A stretch of 64,000 nt of DNA. It comes from a virus. Both the position numbers and the translations under genes were made by a program. Positions 15,018-22,050 of the stretch are shown one piece after another. Under the pieces are notes generated by a model. That model saw only the letters and a program-made list of their open reading frames with translations. It was not told the origin of the DNA and ran no database searches. How positions within the stretch are numbered: the first letter of the stretch is position 1; the number at the start of each line of letters is the position of its first letter. Where the stretch lies: the IMG/VR virus record IMGVR_UViG_3300031414_000008, positions 96,001 through 160,000 of that record. One strand, 5' to 3'.

Positions 15018-15341
15018 AACAAACACTGGATTTACACTTTCGTTCGTTACGATCTGCCACTCGAGCAGATTCTCGTTCAGTCCAACCATGCCTCTCACGA
15101 AGGCGCCCTGAAGTACCCTTACACCTCCGCAGAACCGAACTCGCTGATCGTCATTGGCGTGAAGAACAAGGCCGCCCTCGAGAAGGCCCTGGATCGCTAC
15201 GCCCATTTTGACCCCACGCCTTTCTACGAACCCGACTGGGATTACGGCTTAACGGCCTTCACTACTCGTCCGGTCACGGCAGAAGAACGTGCAGAATTCC
15301 GCAAGTATCAGCTCTTCCGGGGGTCACATGTACGCAACTAA
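15009..15341 (+). CDS. Pth2-like peptidyl-tRNA hydrolase with in-frame TAG at codon 3
   Basis: GGAG-6nt-ATG CTG TAG, then NKHWIYTFVRYDLPLEQILVQSNHA...LIVIGVKNKAAL...EPDWDYGLTA (Pth2 pattern). No ATG/GTG/TTG between the TAG and the catalytic motif. Confidence 0.75.
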
Positions 15342-15864
15342 TCTTCCCGACCTCATCGCTCGGATGGAAGCCTGTGAGCAGACCTCCGGACTCTCCGTTC
15401 TGGAACACGGCCATATGGTCCACGAGAGCTACCTACAGCTCGTCCAAGAGCTCGAGCAAGGCGTTGGTCCGGTTACGCTCCAGAACCTCTGGGAGTGGCT
15501 TAGAGAGCGTCTGGTGAGCCCTGATGAAATCCGTACGTACCAGATCTACCACGACTGCGGTAAGCCCGTGTGTGCCCGCGATGGCCACTTCCCAGAGCAT
15601 GCAAAGCACTCGTGTAAGCAGTGGGCAGCGATCTACGGGAACGGGACAGTCTCCCGACTCATGGGTCTCGACATGTGCTTCCACTTAATGAACGCCGCCC
15701 AGGCTTCGACCTTCTGGAAGAACCCGCTCGCCCCTACGCTCTACGTCACGGCATGGGCCGAGATCCGAGCGAATGCCGGGATGTTCGGCGGTGAGGACTC
15801 CGTGTCATTCAAGAAGAAGCGTAAGCGCCTGGAGCGTGCCGGCCGTGCTCTAAAATTAGGGTGA
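15328..15864 (+). CDS. HD-domain phosphohydrolase
   Basis: VLEHG...YHDCGKP...HFPEHA...DMCFH; overlaps the end of the Pth-like gene. Confidence 0.7.
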   Translation: MYATNLPDLIARMEACEQTSGLSVLEHGHMVHESYLQLVQELEQGVGPVTLQNLWEWLRERLVSPDEIRTYQIYHDCGKPVCARDGHFPEHAKHSCKQWAAIYGNGTVSRLMGLDMCFHLMNAAQASTFWKNPLAPTLYVTAWAEIRANAGMFGGEDSVSFKKKRKRLERAGRALKLG

Positions 15865-15876
15865 ACAGGAGGGACT

Positions 15877-16215
15877 ATGAACTTTTCACCTTTGATTCTT
15901 GAGAGTATGGGCTACCACTGGGTGACCCGGGCGCCGCTCGTGTACAACCGTGACACAGAGGTCATCACCGTTCCGGAAGGCTTCTCGACAGATCTTGCGT
16001 CCGTCCCGAAAGCACTCTGGGCCGTGATGCCACCGTTCGGCAACCATACGAAGGCAGCGGTGCTACACGACTACCTGTACGGTCAAGGCCTGCGTCCACG
16101 TAAGCAGTGCGATGAGATCTTCCTCGAAGCCATGGCTCTGATGGGCGTATCGAAGACGCGGCGTTACTTGATGTACTGGGCAGTTCGAGCCTTTGGTTCA
16201 AAAGCTTACGGATAA
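15877..16215 (+). CDS. DUF1353-like protein
   Basis: ITVPEGFSTDLASVP...AAVLHDYLY. Confidence 0.75.
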   Translation: MNFSPLILESMGYHWVTRAPLVYNRDTEVITVPEGFSTDLASVPKALWAVMPPFGNHTKAAVLHDYLYGQGLRPRKQCDEIFLEAMALMGVSKTRRYLMYWAVRAFGSKAYG

Positions 16216-16217
16216 TG

Positions 16218-16246
16218 TTGACAGGTCAAGGACGACCTGATATCTT
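16218..16246 (+). promoter_or_regulatory. sigma70-type promoter with inverted repeat in spacer
   Basis: TTGACA-17-TATCTT; CAGGTC/GACCTG. Confidence 0.75.
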
Positions 16247-16314
16247 TAGACCATCAATTGAGCCTCCAAGCGGTTGATGACCTCAAGGTCTGGGACGAGC
16301 ATCCCGGCCTTTCT

Positions 16315-16389
16315 GCCTGAGTAGCTGAGCGGTTTAGCAGGAGCCTCTAAAACTCTGGAACGTGGGTTCGAATCCCACCTCAGGCACCA
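16315..16389 (+). tRNA. amber suppressor tRNA (anticodon CTA)
   Basis: Perfect acceptor GCCTGAG/CTCAGGC, A73, CCA; anticodon arm GGAGC-CT-CTA-AA-ACTCT; canonical T arm. Confidence 0.9.
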
Positions 16390-16395
16390 AATCTA

Positions 16396-16593
16396 GTGTG
16401 TAGCTTAAATGTAAAAGCCTGGAGAATCTAAGTGCCCGTCATGGCGACGTGGAATACTGGACGAACTGCAGAGATGGTGACAACGAAATGTCATCCACAC
16501 GTGGCGGGTAGTTCAACGTAAGAACGCGAAAGTACCCAGGTCGTGGAGACTTGAGTATGGACGAAATGAGAGTGACGTAACACCTCTCCGCCA
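16396..16593 (+). ncRNA. two tandem ~100-nt homologous tRNA-like RNAs
   Basis: Shared D-like arm, AGTRCCC..GTC-RTGGM-GAC arm and TGGACGAA exactly 100 nt apart; the second copy ends in GCCA. Confidence 0.6.
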
Positions 16594-16600
16594 GATATTC

Positions 16601-16678
16601 GGGTGTGTAGCTCAGCTGGTTAGCAGCATCGGACTTTTAATCCGAGGGTCGTAGGTTCGAAGCCTACCACACCCACCA
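16601..16678 (+). tRNA. tRNA-Lys(TTT)
   Basis: Loop CT-TTT-AA, CCA. Confidence 0.95.
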
Positions 16679-16680
16679 CC

Positions 16681-16757
16681 GCACTTGTAGCTCAGTGGAT
16701 TAGAGCGCCCCGCTACGGACGGGGAGGTCGAGGGTTCGAATCCTTCCTGGTGCACCA
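16681..16757 (+). tRNA. tRNA-Arg(ACG)
   Basis: Loop CT-ACG-GA, CCA. Confidence 0.95.
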
Positions 16758-16779
16758 CTTCCCAATCTCCGGATTCCTT

Positions 16780-16789
16780 GGTATAATAA
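16780..16789 (+). promoter_or_regulatory. GGTATAATAA promoter-like motif (variant)
   Basis: Intergenic, upstream of the small-gene array. Confidence 0.6.
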
Positions 16790-16818
16790 ACATACCGTCC
16801 ACTACCCGGAGTTTTCCC

Positions 16819-17022
16819 ATGAAAGACAAATTCGGCAATCCGCTTAATCACGGAGACACTGTCGTCTATTTCTCAACGAATCTGTACCACACGGCCCATA
16901 TCGGGATTTACCAGGAGGAAGTTCCTGGGAAAGGCGTCCGCCTCATCTCTGAGAAGGGCAATCCGATTCACCGTCCGGCCAACACCCTTATCGCTTACAC
17001 AGGGATCAATCCTAACTCATGA
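16819..17022 (+). CDS. small beta-barrel family protein, copy 1
   Basis: DKFGNPLNHGDTVVY. Confidence 0.65.
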   Translation: MKDKFGNPLNHGDTVVYFSTNLYHTAHIGIYQEEVPGKGVRLISEKGNPIHRPANTLIAYTGINPNS

Positions 17023-17210
17023 GATTCTACGCGAAGGACGAGCTCAAGCCGCTCATTCAGTACCGCGGAGAGTCTGATCATACGGAGTGGGCTCTGTGGA
17101 TCGGCGATATTTTTATCATCCAGAAAGACGGCGGACCTTTCCGCATGCAGCACCCGGACGATGACCTTGGTCTACCCGTCTTCAAACCCTATAAGGATCC
17201 CGTACTATGA
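17019..17210 (+). CDS. hypothetical protein
   Basis: ATGA coupling. Confidence 0.55.
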   Translation: MRFYAKDELKPLIQYRGESDHTEWALWIGDIFIIQKDGGPFRMQHPDDDLGLPVFKPYKDPVL

Positions 17211-17473
17211 TGTTCTCGTATCACCGTAACGGTAAAGAGGAGGATATCCTCGATAAGTCAGAGTTGGTCGTCGGCCAGACCTACAAGGGCCGCTGCCGGA
17301 ATGCCACTGAGGCAGTCTGGAACGGTAAGCAGTTCGAGTATCAACGTACGAAGTTCACCTTCACGTACACCGACTACATCAACCATCCCGAAGACGACAA
17401 CGGCTTCGACGTGTTCATGCCATTACGGAGGCTCAATGAAGGACTGTCAGGGGAAACCTGTCCATCTGAATGA
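17207..17473 (+). CDS. hypothetical phage protein
   Basis: LVVGQTYKGRCRNATEAVWNG...HPEDDNGFDVFMP. Confidence 0.65.
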   Translation: MMFSYHRNGKEEDILDKSELVVGQTYKGRCRNATEAVWNGKQFEYQRTKFTFTYTDYINHPEDDNGFDVFMPLRRLNEGLSGETCPSE

Positions 17474-17651
17474 CATCGTGGTGACCGGTTGGAACGGTGG
17501 GGACTTAGTCCCCGGCCGTGTTATCGCCATCGGTCCGAATCGCTGTCGTCTTTTAGTTGAAGAACCGCACGCGGCGAACCGCAAGGTTTACCGCCACAGC
17601 TCACAAGTGAGTCTCACAGGAGATAAATATGTTCCAGGACCGAGTGAATAA
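17436..17651 (+). CDS. small beta-barrel family protein, copy 2
   Basis: GGAGG RBS; DCQGKPVHLNDIVV. Confidence 0.65.
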   Translation: MKDCQGKPVHLNDIVVTGWNGGDLVPGRVIAIGPNRCRLLVEEPHAANRKVYRHSSQVSLTGDKYVPGPSE

Positions 17652-17823
17652 CCCGCTAACGATCGGTGATCGTGTAGCCTACAGTGTCAGTGACCGTTCG
17701 ACCCGTCTCGGCGTCGGCCACATTCAGTCATTCACCCCGAAGCGTGTCCGTGTGCAGGATGAACGCACCGGCTCCGTTTCAGATCATCAGGCAGACCGTA
17801 TCGTGAAGGTGCCTCATGCATAG
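17629..17823 (+). CDS. small beta-barrel family protein, copy 3
   Basis: DRVNNPLTIGDRVAY...FTPKRVRV. Confidence 0.7.
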   Translation: MFQDRVNNPLTIGDRVAYSVSDRSTRLGVGHIQSFTPKRVRVQDERTGSVSDHQADRIVKVPHA

Positions 17824-18019
17824 TGATCAGCGGGGCATCCCGCTTGAGGTCGGTGACACCGTCGTGTGGTCTTCGATGGAAACGGCCGGTGTCGATATTG
17901 GAACAGTCGTCGGGTTCACCCCGAAGAAGATCCGTGTTCGCGGGCTTACTCAGCATCCAGATTATTCCCGGCTGAAAGAGCCGATGTATATACTCAAAGT
18001 GGAGCTTCCAAATGCATAA
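17816..18019 (+). CDS. small beta-barrel family protein, copy 4
   Basis: DQRGIPLEVGDTVVW...FTPKKIRV. Confidence 0.7.
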   Translation: MHSDQRGIPLEVGDTVVWSSMETAGVDIGTVVGFTPKKIRVRGLTQHPDYSRLKEPMYILKVELPNA

Positions 18020-18200
18020 TGACGCAACGGGTAAACCCCTCGCCATCGGCGATAAGGTTGTGTACGCAGGCAGTTACCGTGCCAATCTCCGTCAGGGGTG
18101 GGTCTCGGACTTCACACCTAAGCGTGTGCGTATCACGTACGAAGAAAACGGTCAGGGCGGCGTGATCAAAGATCCTCTGCAAATCGCGAAGGTAGAATGA
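18012..18200 (+). CDS. small beta-barrel family protein, copy 5
   Basis: DATGKPLAIGDKVVY...FTPKRVRI. Confidence 0.7.
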   Translation: MHNDATGKPLAIGDKVVYAGSYRANLRQGWVSDFTPKRVRITYEENGQGGVIKDPLQIAKVE

Positions 18201-18388
18201 TGGACTTCTTTGGACAAACTCTCTGTGTCGGCGATCGCGTCGCCTTCGTGACCAACAAGGGGTATCTCCGGACGGCTCAGATCCTCTCGTTCTCCGGTGT
18301 TGCCCCTCACCAAACGGTTCACCTCATGACTGACAAGAACCGTAAAACCCAAGCCCCTGCCAGCTACGTCATCAAGGAGCCACTATGA
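18197..18388 (+). CDS. small beta-barrel family protein, copy 6
   Basis: DFFGQTLCVGDRVAF. Confidence 0.7.
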   Translation: MMDFFGQTLCVGDRVAFVTNKGYLRTAQILSFSGVAPHQTVHLMTDKNRKTQAPASYVIKEPL

Positions 18389-18606
18389 AAGTGGATGCCA
18401 TGGGTCAGACCCTTGAAGTCGGACAGGTAGTGCTCGTCCCGTCAGCGAAGGTCGGTAACGACTCCGGCCTACGGTTCGGCGTCATCAAGAGCATCGGAGA
18501 GGTTCGGGTCGTGATCACGCCACTGGCAGATCACCCTAAGCGTGTCCGTGCTCCTCGTAACGGCACCCAGCGTTACTTCGAGGACGTCCTCGTCGTTCAA
18601 CTGTAA
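18385..18606 (+). CDS. small beta-barrel family protein, copy 7
   Basis: DAMGQTLEVGQVVLV. Confidence 0.7.
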   Translation: MKVDAMGQTLEVGQVVLVPSAKVGNDSGLRFGVIKSIGEVRVVITPLADHPKRVRAPRNGTQRYFEDVLVVQL

Positions 18607-18617
18607 GCCCGGCATGG

Positions 18618-18627
18618 GGTATAAGTA
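18618..18627 (+). promoter_or_regulatory. GGTATAAGTA promoter-like motif
   Basis: Recurrent intergenic motif. Confidence 0.7.
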
Positions 18628-18657
18628 ATGTGACAACAACCACAGGAGCTTTACCCC

Positions 18658-19398
18658 ATGCGTATTCAACTCAATCCTCAAGACCGTTTCATCTTCCACT
18701 CGGCTGTCGCCGCTCAGGACATCCAGTTCATCCTCAATGACCTGAACTCTCAGCTCTTCTACGACACGCCGAATTCGCTCTCGACGGGCATACTCGGCAA
18801 TCACTTACTCAACCCAATACCGATGGGTAACGGCAACCCGTATACTCTGCCGTACTCCACTATCGAGTTCGATACGTCCTTACTCCTCGATCCGACGATC
18901 ACGGTCCAGGCCGAGTCTCTCTTCGATGGCTTCCGCATCTTCTTCCTCCACTCCGATGGATTCTTCACGAACTGCACGCTGTACCTCGAATTCGATTCGT
19001 ACCTGACGCTTCGCAACTTCGGAATCTCATTCGGTCCGTTCGCGAAGTCTCACCCGCACGAACGTCGCATGGTCATGAATGCGGCCTTCATCGATCTGCC
19101 AACAATCCTCGGCTACATCGTGGATACCAACTCCCGTAACCGCATCCCTTTCACCCTCGGTGAACCGCGTCAGTACAACGTTCTGGATAATCACGATTCC
19201 CAACCGGTTCAGAATCTCGGCGACATCCGTCAGATCACGAACCCACGTGACAATCCGACCGGTATCACCAAGCGCCCTCATGAACGTGCAGGCCACACCC
19301 GCCAGTTAGCAGATGGCCGCATCATCGACGTTTCGCCGACCACGGTGCACCGCGATGACTTCGAAGGTGACGATCGTCCTAAAATTATCAAACACTAA
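18658..19398 (+). CDS. hypothetical protein
   Basis: AGGAG RBS; C-terminal HERAGHTR motif. Confidence 0.7.
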   Translation: MRIQLNPQDRFIFHSAVAAQDIQFILNDLNSQLFYDTPNSLSTGILGNHLLNPIPMGNGNPYTLPYSTIEFDTSLLLDPTITVQAESLFDGFRIFFLHSDGFFTNCTLYLEFDSYLTLRNFGISFGPFAKSHPHERRMVMNAAFIDLPTILGYIVDTNSRNRIPFTLGEPRQYNVLDNHDSQPVQNLGDIRQITNPRDNPTGITKRPHERAGHTRQLADGRIIDVSPTTVHRDDFEGDDRPKIIKH

Positions 19399-19399
19399 C

Positions 19400-19428
19400 T
19401 TGACAGTCTCTGGGCTCCGTGTAATACT
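19400..19428 (+). promoter_or_regulatory. sigma70-type promoter
   Basis: TTGACA with TAATACT about 16-17 nt downstream, before four tRNAs. Confidence 0.6.
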
Positions 19429-19434
19429 GGGCCC

Positions 19435-19507
19435 AGATGATTAGCTCAGTTGGGAGAGCGGCTCCCTTACAAGGAGTAGGTCAACAGTTCGATCCTGTTA
19501 TCATCTA
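19435..19507 (+). tRNA. tRNA-Val(TAC), CCA not encoded
   Basis: Loop CT-TAC-AA; AGATGAT/ATCATCT-A. Confidence 0.88.
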
Positions 19508-19508
19508 T

Positions 19509-19584
19509 TGGGGAGTAGCTCAGTTGGTAGAGCGTTCGACCGATAATCGAAAGGTCGCGAGTTCGAGCCTCGCCTCTCCAACCA
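19509..19584 (+). tRNA. tRNA-Ile(GAT)
   Basis: Loop CC-GAT-AA (C33), CCA. Confidence 0.9.
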
Positions 19585-19586
19585 AT

Positions 19587-19661
19587 GCACGATTCGTCTA
19601 TCGGTTAGGACACCACTCTTTCACAGTGGGAAGAGGAGTTCAATTCTCCTATCGTGTACCA
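19587..19661 (+). tRNA. tRNA-Glu(TTC)
   Basis: Loop CT-TTC-AC, CCA. Confidence 0.93.
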
Positions 19662-19663
19662 CC

Positions 19664-19739
19664 GCCTCGGTAACTCAGTTGGTAGAGTTCCCGACTCTTA
19701 ATCGGAGAGCCGCTGGTTCGAGTCCAGCCCGGGGCACCA
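19664..19739 (+). tRNA. tRNA-Lys(CTT)
   Basis: Loop CT-CTT-AA, CCA. Confidence 0.93.
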
Positions 19740-19757
19740 CTTTTTTAGCTTCCTTCT

Positions 19758-19767
19758 GGTATAAGTA
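19758..19767 (+). promoter_or_regulatory. GGTATAAGTA promoter-like motif
   Basis: Followed by AGA-TGTAA. Confidence 0.7.
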
Positions 19768-19792
19768 AGATGTAAACCTTAAGGAACATCTT

Positions 19793-20239
19793 ATGCAGAA
19801 AATCTACATTCACTCTCCTGATGTAAAAATCCACGATCCTCAAGGCCGACTGGTCGAACACATTGCCGTCTACGACACACAGCTTGGCTATGACTATCTC
19901 CTGTCGCTCCGCCTCTCTGGCCGTGACCAGAAGAAAGTCGAACGCGTCAAAACCGCTCTGTACCAATTCCTGAACCACTGGGAGGACGGCGAGCGTCGCA
20001 TTACCGTGACCTTCGGTCAGTTCACTATGTCATCTTACGAACCGGAATTCATTGAGAATGAACCGGGATTGATTCACATCGGTACCCGTCCGGCTAACCC
20101 GGAGAAGGAAATCTACGCAGCGATGGGTAAGCTCCAGCGTGCCCTGAACTACAAGTCCCCCAACGCAGCCGCCCTCTATCAAGAGCTGCAAGACACCATC
20201 AAGAAGTATCCAACCTTTCAAATCAAGGATAAAGCATGA
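19793..20239 (+). CDS. hypothetical protein
   Basis: AAGGA RBS, 148 aa. Confidence 0.7.
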   Translation: MQKIYIHSPDVKIHDPQGRLVEHIAVYDTQLGYDYLLSLRLSGRDQKKVERVKTALYQFLNHWEDGERRITVTFGQFTMSSYEPEFIENEPGLIHIGTRPANPEKEIYAAMGKLQRALNYKSPNAAALYQELQDTIKKYPTFQIKDKA

Positions 20240-20595
20240 ACGTACAAATCAAAGTAAACGGCCTGGGTAAAGTTGATTTCTTCCTGCGTCATTACGGCTG
20301 GGTCCGTGACCCGCAGATTGAAGTGTGCGGCCAGGACGATCAGGATAACTGCTTCGGCCAGGTCACTCAGTTCTTCCAAGGCCTGCAACCGATGCCTTTC
20401 GAGAATGTGAACGAAGAGTTCGTGACCGCCGCGGAGAAGGACATCGAGAATGCCCTCGAGCAGTATCTCCTGGATGGAAAAGAGGTGAACTACGTGGACA
20501 CCATTCACGTCAACATCCGCCCGGTACCGAAGTCCTCCCGTGACTCAACCCCTGAAGAAATCCGGGCGTTCATGAACGGGGAGTTGGCAGTATGA
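20236..20595 (+). CDS. hypothetical protein
   Basis: ATGA coupling. Confidence 0.7.
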   Translation: MNVQIKVNGLGKVDFFLRHYGWVRDPQIEVCGQDDQDNCFGQVTQFFQGLQPMPFENVNEEFVTAAEKDIENALEQYLLDGKEVNYVDTIHVNIRPVPKSSRDSTPEEIRAFMNGELAV

Positions 20596-20852
20596 TCTAC
20601 GTATTAACCATTCGCAACAAGGATGCCAAAGTCTCTTACAAAGGGGCTCCTTTGAACAAGCTCGTGTTCGAGTTCGTGGCTCCGGACCGTGACGTGGCAG
20701 GAGCGGCCATTCGTGAAGTACTTCACGAATGCAAGGCGGAAGACCCGTATGTTCACCGCGAGTTCAACGATGCGATCGAAGAGACGCACTACGCTGAATC
20801 ATACAACTGCAATCATCTTGGCGTGCAAATCGACTGGAAGGAAGTTTCATGA
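20592..20852 (+). CDS. hypothetical protein
   Basis: ATGA coupling. Confidence 0.7.
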   Translation: MIYVLTIRNKDAKVSYKGAPLNKLVFEFVAPDRDVAGAAIREVLHECKAEDPYVHREFNDAIEETHYAESYNCNHLGVQIDWKEVS

Positions 20853-21304
20853 CTGACTTAACGTACTTCATTATGTCTGGCCTGTTCTATGGCTACTCGA
20901 AGGAAGCAATTCACGCGTACCTAATGCGTCGCGGTGATGTCGAGACTATGAACGTCAGTGACTTGTCCCCAAGTGCCATGGGTACCGTGTTTGAAGGCAC
21001 AGGGTTTATCCCTTCTGCCCGTGAACTGGCAATGACGCCAGAGGAGGTGACTTCAGAGGTAAACTCTCGTAGAATATGCTCAGTACCCTTCCCGAATGAC
21101 GGAGCCTTTGACCAAGAATTCGATGCGTTCGTAGAGAACCCACCGGAGGACATCGAAGACCGTATTCTCGAAGTGCTGCTGTATCTAAAGGAGAATACCT
21201 ATGAATCATATCTGCGTGCTAACGCTGAACGGCGGCGCCGAGGTGACCTACCAGCTGGACGAACTGAACAAAGCTCGCCTGGCCCTGGAGTTCCGCGGCA
21301 CTGA
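20849..21304 (+). CDS. hypothetical protein
   Basis: ATGA coupling. Confidence 0.65.
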   Translation: MTDLTYFIMSGLFYGYSKEAIHAYLMRRGDVETMNVSDLSPSAMGTVFEGTGFIPSARELAMTPEEVTSEVNSRRICSVPFPNDGAFDQEFDAFVENPPEDIEDRILEVLLYLKENTYESYLRANAERRRRGDLPAGRTEQSSPGPGVPRH

Positions 21305-21539
21305 CCTCAGTGAGATTGCCTCAGCAGCGATGCTGAAGCTGGGTGCCATCAAACCTCTTCCGGCCACGGCCAAGAAGAAGCAGATGGTTGTTGTAGCGTC
21401 ACAGGTTCTGAACCAGACGCTCGACCACCTGAAGAACCGTCCGGAAGCGACACTCTCCCTGTCCGGAGACGTTGGTGCTGAATGGCGTGTCTACAACGTG
21501 CCCGAATTCAATCTCTACGACCAGACCATCAAGGTCTAA
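21201..21539 (+). CDS. hypothetical protein
   Basis: AGGAG RBS. Confidence 0.7.
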   Translation: MNHICVLTLNGGAEVTYQLDELNKARLALEFRGTDLSEIASAAMLKLGAIKPLPATAKKKQMVVVASQVLNQTLDHLKNRPEATLSLSGDVGAEWRVYNVPEFNLYDQTIKV

Positions 21540-21541
21540 CC

Positions 21542-21569
21542 AAGGCCCACTTCGGTGGGCTTTTTCTTT
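21542..21569 (+). terminator. intrinsic terminator
   Basis: GCCCAC-TTCG-GTGGGC-TTTTT. Confidence 0.85.
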
Positions 21570-21578
21570 AGGTGATCT

Positions 21579-21857
21579 ATGAAGCGAGAAATCAATGATG
21601 TAACAGATCCAGGCTCTTGTTGTCCCGGCCACGACACTTTCCCAGGGGACACGTACCGCAGCAACCGCTCTAAGCAAGCACGATCAAGAGATATCAAAAA
21701 GGAACATCGCCATGTCCGACGGGTTAAGAAACACCGTCTTCGCAACACTCCGAGTGAAATCATCGCAGGGTCTGATCTGGAAGGGAGAATACCGCGGTTC
21801 AGAAACGCAAGCACGACAGTGGATTGCCGATCACTTGAAGGTGATTCCTATTCCTGA
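21579..21857 (+). CDS. small basic protein
   Basis: AGGTG RBS; SCCPGHDTFP. Confidence 0.55.
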   Translation: MKREINDVTDPGSCCPGHDTFPGDTYRSNRSKQARSRDIKKEHRHVRRVKKHRLRNTPSEIIAGSDLEGRIPRFRNASTTVDCRSLEGDSYS

Positions 21858-21996
21858 GCCGCTAGCCCGCGTCCGGGCCTCTGCTGCCCTGCACAATTAC
21901 CGTGATTACCACACCGCTCGCGTGCACCGCACGTCCGTGGAGTTCGGGATCACTCCGCACGATTATCCTTCAATAATTAACGAAACGATGGTATAA
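21712..21996 (+). CDS. hypothetical protein
   Basis: AAGGA RBS. Confidence 0.55.
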   Translation: MSDGLRNTVFATLRVKSSQGLIWKGEYRGSETQARQWIADHLKVIPIPEPLARVRASAALHNYRDYHTARVHRTSVEFGITPHDYPSIINETMV

Positions 21997-21999
21997 ATA
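21990..21999 (+). promoter_or_regulatory. GGTATAAATA promoter-like motif
   Basis: Followed by AGG-TGTGA, upstream of the TerB-like gene. Confidence 0.65.
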
Positions 22000-22050
22000 A
22001 GGTGTGACGAATGGCGTCACACCAATTAACTTAGCTAAGGAATTTTTATC

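Noticed and set aside
15159-15341. 60-aa ORF from GTG as called in the ORF track
   Set aside because: It omits the conserved N-terminal motif encoded upstream in the same frame and has no clear RBS.
16315-16389. Pyrrolysine tRNA
   Set aside because: It has canonical D, variable and T features and A73, not the Pyl architecture. No pyl genes are present in the window.
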